A stretch of 38,470 nt of DNA from Asterionella formosa (Eukaryota). Made by a program: the position numbers and the translations under genes. This document shows positions 22,086-30,869 of the stretch, in pieces. A model generated the notes under the pieces. It was given only the letters and a program-made list of their open reading frames with translations. It did not search any database and was not told the origin of the DNA. Where the stretch lies: contig NKIB01015063.1 in the NCBI GenBank assembly GCA_002256025.1, positions 1 to 38,470 on the forward strand. The letters run 5' to 3'. Each line of letters begins with the position of its first letter. Positions within the stretch are counted from its first letter, which is position 1.

Positions 22086-23004
22086 TGCCAATGTTGGACA
22101 ATCTTCATGATTATCTTTTCGAGTTCAAGGCGAAACCCTACCTATTCGCTAGAGCAGAATCAAGTGGGGCTAAGCCTAATTTCTTGGCACTCCTTGGATC
22201 TTGATCAAGTTTAAGTTGACGACTACTAATCACGTGTGGAACATGCTAAGATCAATTCAAATTCTGACCCAGCAGATTGGTGCTGTATTGGACTGTCTCC
22301 TGTTACTGATTGCATGATTCAAGCATACCATTACTATACTAGGGAAGGTCCCCGCATGAATGAAGGTGCCACTTTCTACATGATGAGAAAAACAAGGTGG
22401 TAGGGCCTTTTACCAGGTTGGTGGAGTACCAAGCCAGTTCAGGAAAAGGATTCAACAACAATGCAAATTACATGACAGAAATAATGGACGATGCCTGTAT
22501 AGTAGTGTGCTAGTACCAGTAGTTAGCTAGAAATGTGCACAAAGCTAGAGATAGCAATGCTAGATATTCATGCATATGCATGAATACAGTGACAACTTGC
22601 TTTGCTGTGTTAAGCTCTTTTATAGACTGGCAAATGCTTCTTTTTTATAGTGCATTCTTCCTACTGTAATCTATATTCTGGATTCATGGTTAGGGTTAAT
22701 AACATCATCAACTCTTGTGGCAAGCCTCCAAAGACTGCTTAAGCGATTCCTGCTATAGCTATTGTCTTGCCACTTGGGTGCTTCTAAATATTTTTTACAC
22801 TCTATGTAATTTCTTAAGCAATTCTATTTGGGGGTAATATGGGGCACATCGAATTTTTCGGCATAAAAATTGCAGATTTTAGTATGGCAGCCAGAATAAC
22901 GGTAATAGACATAGAAATGGTAAAACAAGCATGAAACACACAATAATGATTTTAACATACAATAACAATGAAAATTGAACATGATGTTTGAAGCAATCAA
23001 AGTA

Positions 23005-23162
23005 CCCCGCGTTCCAGCGCCCAAAGTCACCATGGCTGCTGGGCTGATATCGGGATGGTTAATTTTCCAGAAAACCAAGGCTGGTAATGCCAGGAAGCGC
23101 TACGCAAGCTCCCCTACTAGCACTAGAGTAGTTTAAAAGCGCTTAACAAATGAGGTTATATA
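23005..23162 (+). mobile_element. Short (about 158 bp) truncated copy of the element at 17969-19643, with its own target-site duplication
   Basis: Flanked by AGCAATCAAAGTA at 22992-23004 and 23167-23179 (17 bp with one mismatch if extended to 22988 and 23163). The interior aligns with the reverse complement of 17972-18127. Confidence 0.85.
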
Positions 23163-23758
23163 TTGGAGCAATCAAAGTATGATATGCTATGTAATAGGTA
23201 GCATTAAGTGAGAACTAAATAAAATTGTTTTGGGTTAGAAATTGAGTAAAAAAATATCAGTTTCCATGAAGACATATGCATTGTACTAATAGAGCTTACA
23301 CAACAGACAGCATTGACATTCCATCACACAATTGAAGGACGAACTACCATGGAAAAGAAAGAGAAACCCTGAACGCAATTGAGATCTTTATTATACTATA
23401 GTGTAGCTGATGTGGGGGTCATTGGAACCATGTAAACAGCTGTTGCCTGATGGTAGAAGACAGGTAGTAGCAGTCTCCCCCAAGCTACCCTGACAATTCT
23501 ATTCTGTGTGTGATCGCCAGGCTGCTCCTCTATCAACTCCCTCTATATGATCAGCGTTTATTGATGAATAATGAATTGTAGGTTACAATAAGGAATCTGT
23601 GTAGAAAGATATCAAACCGACTTAGTACAAGAAAAGCATTGCTTGGAGGCAAAATTGACATCATGGTCAACAACTATACAAATCAACATATGTCTTCCTC
23701 AATTCTGTGTGATTCTTACATTCAAGGTTATACAATGTAAATGATGAAAAGGAATCAC

Positions 23759-24189
23759 TTGGAACATCATGTTGATTTACTGGTGAGGGATAACAAAGAA
23801 TGAATGATTTATGCAAAAAATAAATTTAAGTATTTTACATTGACAAGGCACATTTCCTTAAGCCTGTGGCCGCGATTTACATGGTTGCATCAATTTGGTG
23901 CGTGAGGATGGCGAAAACTCTGTTCTATGCATCTTCGTCATTTCTTGGATGATTCATACCTTCTTGGCATATGTTACATATGTCAACAGGAGACTTTTGG
24001 AACATGTTGGTTTACTGGTGATGGATAACAAATGAATGATAAATTTCAGTATTTTTCATTGACAAAGCTTATTTCGTTAAGGATATTGCGGCGATGTTCA
24101 CTGTTGCATCAATTTGGTTCATGAGGATGGCTAAAAGACTTTTCGTCGTATCTTGGTCATTTCTTTGCCGATTCATATCTTCTTGGCAT
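23759..24189. repeat. Old, diverged tandem duplication (about 23759-23970 and 23997-24189)
   Basis: Shared blocks in the same order: TTGGAACAT, TTTACTGGTGA, GGATAACAAA, CATTGACAA, GTTGCATCAATTTGGT, TGAGGATGGC, GTCATTTCTT, TTCTTGGCAT. Confidence 0.85.
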
Positions 24190-24420
24190 TTGACTAATAA
24201 TTTAAGGAAAAAGATATTTCGTCCCCCTCTTTTTGATAAACCCTTAAACACTACATAGCCTTCATATAATCACAAATTTGACTGCGATTCTGACAATGGA
24301 GAAGTTGACCATGATCCAGAAACGAATGAAATGGTGGCTTTTGAACACAAGGTGCTGGATATTATCGGTCCTTAAGGCCCAAGATTCACTATACTTATAG
24401 GAGTTGAAGCCGTCGCATGG

Positions 24421-25126
24421 TTGAAGAGAAAATATGAGGGACATGAGAAGAAAATTCAGGAAAATGTTTGTCATGACCAACTGACTACTGACAAAGCTTG
24501 TGCTGACAGGGACATTTACAAGTTCGATGGGATCAATATCAATGAAAGTGACAGTGATGAAAATGACAGTGACTTTGAAGGTGAAAGTGATAGTGATGAA
24601 GATGACAATGATGCCTACAGCTTGGACAGTTCCTCATCATTCCATGACGCCATGACTAATGACATTTTGTACCTACAAGATTCATCCTCATGGGTCCTTC
24701 CAGATGTTACTTCACAGTTGACTAAGCAAGCTCAACAATAAAAGGGATATGCTATATACACGGAAGTTCCAAGAACAACTACTTGACATTCTTTCAAGTG
24801 AGGAGGAGAACGACGACAATTTTATAGAAAAGAAACTACATTGCTGTGGCAAGTCGTCATGTTAAATAATGTAGGGGAGCAACAAATAAGTGCTGCTGTT
24901 AAAATTTTGGCTTGAATTCCTTGTCCAAGCAGAAGATGTATTGAACGAACACAAATGCAACAGTTATACCACATTCCTATTGGCAGGCACACTTGCCCCT
25001 GGCATGGTACCATATGTATCAGTTACCCACTTTGTCATTTTGGCCTGTTCTGATTGCCATTCATATTCTTCCTGCAACTTGCTTACTCAGAACAATCTGT
25101 CCCCAAAAGATGCCGAGAATGTGTAA
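24421..25126 (+). pseudogene. Decayed TE-like ORF remnant (acidic tract then Cys-containing segment), family not identified
   Basis: A D/E/S-rich ORF at 24421-24741 is followed by broken frames (LHCCGKSSC, HKCNSYTTFLL, VTHFVILAC) in CpG-poor DNA next to Harbinger copy B. Confidence 0.3.
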
Positions 25127-25613
25127 ATTGTTGGAAGGGCAAGCTTTTCTGTCGGAAAGTATTTCTGCTCCCAGTTCCCTCATGATTACAAGTGTTGTCA
25201 AGCCAACTGAGTTTCGTGTGGCAAAAAACATTGGTGGTGTATATGAAGGCTATGTAGGCTAGGGGTTAGGGCCAATCTTAACAGAGATACAAAAATCAAG
25301 AAATGTTTCTCGGCCCAATTTTTTGTATCTCACATATCCAGGTGATATGTTGCTTCCAGCAACACATTTTTGTTGCTCTGAAATGTGTATCTGTGTGTAT
25401 CACTGCAGATACAGCGATAAGCAACACTAATTTTATAAATTTAATATAAGTCATGTAATTAAATTAATCAACAAAGACAACATTTTTATCTCTGACGGTA
25501 ACAACAGAAATGAATTTGGGAGGAGGGATTCTCAGCAGCAATTATTATTATCTCTAGCTTCTCATGGAATAATGCTTTTCATCACTTGTAAATGACTTGC
25601 GCAATGGCATCAT

Positions 25614-26264
25614 TTGAATCTTTTGGAAAATGAAACTTACTCTGCAGCAAGGAAACAGGATGACCAGTGGGCTCCATGTAACACTCCTGCTGATTTATTC
25701 ATTGACAATGAAGGTTCTTTGAGGACAATAAAAGACATGCTCATTCAACAGATATCGCTACAACAACTTCGTCGTATTTGCGTTCACTTTAAAATCGCCG
25801 GATACAGAAAAAAAAGATGATAATGATTACACTCATTAAGAATTGGTTAAGGACTCTTGATCTTTGAGACATGATGGGGAACAACAAAAAGTCATCAAAA
25901 GAACCGATGAAGTATCTGAAAAGAAACGGAGCTCCCTTTACTCCTGAATCATCAACAAGGCTGTCTCCTCCTCGCCTAAAGAAGTATCTGAAAAGAAAAG
26001 GCTCTCCCTTTACTCTTGAATCATCAACAAGGCAGTCTCCTCGACTACTACTATCAAAGCAACTTTCTACTACTGGAGAAGATATTGCCAATGACTCAAG
26101 TACAGATTCCGAATTATCTCCTTCCCAATTGTCTGCAGTTGCATTTCCAGTTCCTGCTGATATTTTATTGGATGATGATTCTAAAAGATCCCACCAGATT
26201 ATTAAGAAACAGGGACAACCTCCCAAGAATCAGAGGAAAAGAAATGCTGCAACTGCTCCCAAAT
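25614..26264 (+). pseudogene. 5' half of ORF1 of Harbinger-like copy B
   Basis: ETYSAARKQDDQW..LQQLRRICVHFKIAGYR..KRNAATAPK. Homology to copy A stops after CTCCCAAAT at 26264. Confidence 0.65.
25909..26042 (+). repeat. 72-bp in-frame tandem duplication in ORF1 of copy B (single in copy A)
   Basis: Units start GAAGTATCTGAAAAGAAA at 25909 and 25981, encoding KYLKRNGAPFTPESSTRLSP and KYLKRKGSPFTLESSTRQSP. Confidence 0.9.
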
Positions 26265-26820
26265 TCATGCCGGCTGTACAGCAATTGTGGCGGTTATCAT
26301 TGGATGTACACTACTAACTGTTGCGAATGCTGGGGATTCCCGAGCTGTCCTTTGTAGGGCGGGTGGAAAGACGGAAGTATTAAGTTTGGACCACAAACCA
26401 CAGCAAAATCGAGAAATGGATAGAATTCACAAGGCTGGTCGATTTGTCAACCAATTTGGGCGTGTGAATGGAAACTTGAACCTTTCTCGATCCATTGGTG
26501 ATCTGAAATATAAACAAGTTCCTGGAACTTCCCCAGCAGGACAAATGATTACAGCGGAACCCGATATTTTTCAGGTGATTCTGCATCCAAATGACGAATT
26601 CATTATTTTGAGTTGTGATGGTATTTGGGATTGCCTCACTAACGAACAGGCGGTAAAATACGTGAGAGAGCGAATTGACACCAAGACGCCAGTAGAGATT
26701 GGAATTGAGATGCTTGATGAAATCATAAGTGAAGATCCTCAATCTACCCAAGGTATTGGAGGAGATAACATGACGATTATGGTTATTGATTTGCAACCGC
26801 AGCAACAAGCCTACCGGTGA
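26263..26820 (+). pseudogene. C-terminal half of a PP2C/PPM-family protein phosphatase (PPM1G-like), 5'-truncated captured fragment
   Basis: IHAGCTAIVAV, VANAGDSRAVL, LSLDHKP, GRVNGNLNLSRSIGD, ITAEPDI, CDGIWD, GGDNMT. The N-terminal metal-binding motifs (RxxMED, DGHG) are missing, there is no in-frame ATG upstream, and the fragment abuts TE ORF1 directly. Confidence 0.9.
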
Positions 26821-26941
26821 AATTTCTGTAATTAAAAGTCTCAGTAAGGTAAAAAATGTCATCATATTTGTCGAATCATTTCTGACAACGGCTGCATGCA
26901 GTAGGTAAGAACCCAATAGTATAGGGTTGGGCAGCCGTTAT

Positions 26942-27163
26942 TTAAGGATTCAGACGCTTGGGGTCACGATGGAACCAGGCTGCCTTTCGAATGTTGGGCA
27001 GCCCTAAAAATAGCATAACGACACGCTCGAGTCCAATACCTCCGCCGCCATGGGGAAGAGCACTATTACGGAACGAGTTCACATAATCCTGAATCGTCGA
27101 TACATCGATTCCCCATGCTTTGGCCCGCTTTTCCAAAAAGTCTGGGTCATGAACACGCTGAGC
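26942..27163 (-). pseudogene. DARS: C-terminal fragment of cytosolic aspartyl-tRNA synthetase, 5'-truncated captured fragment
   Basis: [44 protein letters not shown] is class IIb motif 3 plus the eukaryotic AspRS tail. The conserved FPRDP reads FHRDP here. Upstream sequence is transposase-like. Confidence 0.9.
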
Positions 27164-27169
27164 CTGCAA

Positions 27170-27484
27170 CAAAATTTCTCATCCACAAATGATGTGATGG
27201 AAGGTCAAAGGAGTTCCAGTAGTTGATTGAAAGGTTCAAGAGACATGCAATATTCATGATGAAATCTATTCTCATGAAGAAGCTTTCTTGTGACATGCTC
27301 ATTCCAGTCAATTTGTTGATGCTCCCATTTTGGAATTCGCACTGGCTTTGAGTTTTGTTCATAGGACTCCAAAAATGATAATGTAACTGCTGCAATTAAC
27401 AAAAAGCTTTGTTGTTCCACTTCTTTATCAAGATTGTCAATGACATCCCAGCCAACTGTCAGGTTCTTCCGGTCGATTTGTCAT
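27170..27484 (-). pseudogene. N-terminal fragment of a Harbinger-like transposase
   Basis: From ATG 27484, with a frameshift: ..IDWNEHVTRKLLHENRFHHEYCMSLEPFNQLLELL*PSIT. This matches the F..YRMS...F..L...L helix at the start of PIF/Harbinger transposases. Confidence 0.7.
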
Positions 27485-27608
27485 GGTCGTTACAGCAATG
27501 ATAATGGTCAGAAATGTTGAATAATTGAAGCTCACATTACAAATTTTTTTACTGAGTCTGATGCACATGTTTGCAGAGACATAAAGAAAACAGCTAACTG
27601 TTTTACCG

Positions 27609-27643
27609 TTACAGAGATATATTTGTGAAATGTATCTCTGTAA
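27609..27643. repeat. Subterminal inverted repeat (16-bp arms, 1 mismatch, 3-nt loop)
   Basis: TTACAGAGATATATTT-GTG-AAATGTATCTCTGTAA. Confidence 0.9.
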
Positions 27644-27914
27644 AGATTCATTTTTTTTCTGAAGATACAACAAAAAATAATTTGTATCTCTGCTAATTTA
27701 ATAGAGAGGGATGAAATATCGAAATAGCTAGGGCTACGAAATATCTTTTTCCTATTTTAATTACAGAGACAGCGTTTATGTTCATGGTTATGTAACTCAT
27801 AAAGCACACATTTTTTATGTAGGAGTTAGCTGACCCTCATATTGAAGAATGGTATATTTTCAACATGATCCAGCACTTGAGTCACAGCAAAACGGTGCAA
27901 ATGTTAGGAGGGAG

Positions 27915-28240
27915 CACCGGTACCGGTACCAGGTACCAGGCACCTGGTAGTCTTCCGGCTACTGGTACATACTACATACTAGATAGTTACCAGTTGCTAG
28001 ACGTTTACCGGCTACCGGTACCAGGAGAACAAGCAGAGTGCCCATGTGAGATAGCCATGCATGACCTGTTCAGTACCTCAACGCCATGGTGTTCGTATCG
28101 TTACCCGCCAATTAACAGGCGTTTCCGTTTTCGGCAAGTCGGTTGACGAACTATTGGAACAAGGCCACGGTCTTCGCGTGAAATTCAACGTGATGCCCAC
28201 TACCATAAAGATCCTTTATTAATTCATACCGGTACCAGGT
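27915..28240. promoter_or_regulatory. Cluster of TACCGGTA / TACCAGGTA motifs upstream of the PDZ-PH gene
   Basis: CACCGGTACCGGTACCAGGTACCAGG at 27915-27940, and TACCGGTA at 28013 and 28227. A regulatory role is inferred only. Confidence 0.4.
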
Positions 28241-28541
28241 AGCCTGGCATCGCTTCGGCGCTTTCGGCTGTTGCTCACGGCATATTTATTACCAGTACAG
28301 GGTAATAATATTAGCAAACGCAACCAACGGTACGATTGCAAGATCGTATATTCGATTGAGGCAAAGTAGCCGCAAGTAGCCTCGTCCCATTTCCAATCCC
28401 TTCTATTTCTCTTCCATCGTGACTATTGAGAGGTAGATTGAAAGTCTTCTCTTGCAACGCAACTCTCTATTTCGCCGTAACTTACAGTGTCCAAATCGTT
28501 TGTCACCATCCCTGTGGAAGGACACTTGAGTGACAAATAGA

Positions 28542-30869
28542 ATGTCGAATCCTTTTGATCAGTTTGCGTCAGATATTGCCGCTGCACTTCCTCCTTCGAC
28601 GCAGCCTCCTGTCTCGTATCAAAGCCAGTTTGGGGCTCCCCCTGGTCAGAACGTTCCTCCTGCGCAATATCCTAGTTATGGCGCGCCTGGTGGATATGCC
28701 GCTCAGCCTTCTCATCAACAGCCAATGACGCAGTACGGGATGCCTAATGAATCCCCCCCTCTTCAGCCAATGGGAAATGCAATTGTTCCCGCTGGAGTGC
28801 AAACAAACCCCTATGCATTGGCTGATCCATCATATGGCCAACCTCCTGCTCCATCATATGGCCAAACTTCAACTTACGGTCAACCCCCTGCTCAATCATA
28901 TGGCCAACCTCCAACTTACGGTCAACCTCCCGCTCCATCATACAGTCAACCTCCTGCCCAATCATATGGCCAGCCTCTTGCTCCATCATATGGTCAACCT
29001 CCTGCCCCCGCTTATGGTCAACCTCCTGCTCCAGCTTATGGTCAACCTCCTGCTCAGCCCATGTCAGGGCAACCTCCTGCCCAGTATGGCATACTTCCAA
29101 CTGCCGCGCCCATGTTTGACCCCTCAACAGCTGCCAATCCTTTCGGCGCTCCAGCTCCCTCTGCTGCCCCACCTCATCTACCTGCTGGTGCTGAATCCAA
29201 TCTATTCGGTGGACTAGCAGCAATTGAACCTGTGGCGGCTGCCGGTGATCCATGGGGTGCTCCACCTCCTCCAACCCCTTACGGTCAGCCCCCTGTCGAT
29301 TATGGTCAACCCCCCGCTCCATATGGTCAGCCTGCCCCGTATGGCCAACCTGCTCCATATGGTCAACCGGATGCATCATTGGGTGCTTTGGTCGTTGTAC
29401 AGTCTGCTGCCCCACCTGCACTTCCTTTAGTTGAAGATGACCCTTTTGGTGGAGTCTTCAGTTCCCCTGCACCTCCTCCAGCTCCTGCAAGGTTTTATGC
29501 TCAGCCTTCAACAGATACTTCTATAGTATCCTCGCAACCATCGGCCTTCGGTGGTGATATTTACGGCCAAAGTGCACTTGTGCCCGCTCCAGTATCCGAC
29601 CCTTGGTCTGAAATGGGCTTTGCACCTCCTGTCAGCGCTGCTGCTGCTCCTGGTAGCCAACCTGCCAACAGCGATGGTCTCTTCGATGGACCTGTTGCTG
29701 TCACTGATTCCGGGCAACGACAAGAAGGCGAGTTGCCTCCTGGTGGAGAGTGGTACGATGCCAGAATCTTTACCCCTACGCTGGGAGTCATGTTTTTCAA
29801 GCCCCAGGAGCTTACTGATTCGCTGTTTTTGAACACTGATAAAGAACTTGTCGACGGTCTTGCCGAGCGTCCCGTGGTTGCTTTCATTGTTGAGGGATCC
29901 TCTGCTCGTTCTGCCGGTGTGGAACTTGGTCATGTCTTGTTGAAGGTGAATGGTGTGGACGTCAAGAACCCCAAGGATGCATCTCGTTTGATTAAAGAAG
30001 GTCCTCGTCCCCTTCCCTTGCTCTTTTATGTCCCAAACACGCAAATTGTCGTTGCCGAGGGTGAGCATATGGTAAAATACGATACCAAGGATACGACTGC
30101 GCCGAATAGTGCCAAGGAGTGGAAACCCAAGTATGTTGTCATTGGAGGTATTATTGCCCAGCCATGGATGATAAATATGTACCGTTCTAAGGTGAGTATG
30201 TGGTTCACAGCCTAAATAATTCGGAAATTGAGCATCTCAACAAACTCTCTAACGTCAGCCTTTTTCGAACAGTCGGAATACGATATTGCTGTAATTGAAA
30301 CTCAGGCTCGACGCCCAGTATCAGTGAAAGTGAAGCAGTTCTCGTTGCAGGGAGCTCGCATCCAAAACGACTGGCAAGGACCCCAGATGGTCAAGTACAA
30401 GAATAAGCTTCATCCCTGGAAATTCATTGTCGTTCTCCCAGTTGCCAGAAACCCTATTAAGATATCATCTCCCAACCTGACCCAGCTGAAGCCTGTTCAT
30501 GATGGAATTCGTAGAGTATTGTTGGCTCAACAACGTGACCGTGGTGCGAACCCGCACATAGCAAGCCCTGTCCGTGGTGGAGATCCCTATGCAGATTCTG
30601 GCAGTTACAATAATGGTGGACCCCCTCCTGAGCGTGGTGGTCCTTATGGAAGTCAGCCTCCGCCGCCGGAACGTGATCCTTACGGAAGTCAGCCTCCTCC
30701 TCCTGAAAGATATGCTCAGCCTCCTCCACAACCTCAGTACCCTGCTCAACATCCACAGTATGGAATGCCACCGCCTCCACAGCAGTATCCTCCTCAACAA
30801 CCTCAGTACGGTGCTCCACAGCAGCAGCAACAATGGGGTGCACCGCCCCCTCAACAGTATGGCTACTAG
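28542..30869 (+). CDS. Pro/Gln/Tyr-rich protein with PDZ and PH-like domains; join(28542..30191,30273..30869), 748 aa
   Basis: Two same-frame ORFs are joined by a phase-0 intron. Features are YGQPPAP repeats, PDZ-like VVAFIVEGSSARSAGVELGHVLLKVNGVDV, PH-like KEWKPKYVVI..MYRSK|SEYD..IKISSPNLTQLKPVHDGIRRVL and a PQY-rich tail. Confidence 0.88.
30192..30272 (+). other. Spliceosomal intron (81 bp)
   Basis: AAG|GTGAGT donor, CTCTAAC branch point, TTTTTCGAACAG acceptor. Splicing removes the in-frame stop at 30213-30215. Confidence 0.9.

Larger units (their letters stand above)
25269..27837 (+). mobile_element. PIF/Harbinger-like element copy B carrying captured host gene fragments (Pack-type); right end uncertain (about 27700-27837)
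   Basis: Left end TTA|GGGCCAATCTTAACAGAGATACAAAAA. An inverted match TTTGTATCTCTGCTAA lies at 27681-27696 and a candidate terminus GTTAGCTGACCC|TCA at 27826-27837. GAGATAC/GTATCTC subterminal motifs recur at both ends. The ORF1 5' half (+) and transposase 5' end (-) point inward. Confidence 0.75.

Noticed and set aside
22688..22698. Telomeric TTAGGG-like sequence (also near 25266)
   Set aside because: Isolated single units with no tandem array.
26287..26820. Functional stand-alone PP2C gene or ORF1-PP2C fusion protein
   Set aside because: It lacks the N-terminal catalytic motifs and an ATG, is in a different frame from ORF1, and has an in-frame stop upstream at 26203-26205.
26942..27172. 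Last exon of an intact AspRS gene
   Set aside because: Upstream on that strand are a transposase head, a TE end and then another gene's promoter. No other AspRS exons are in the window.
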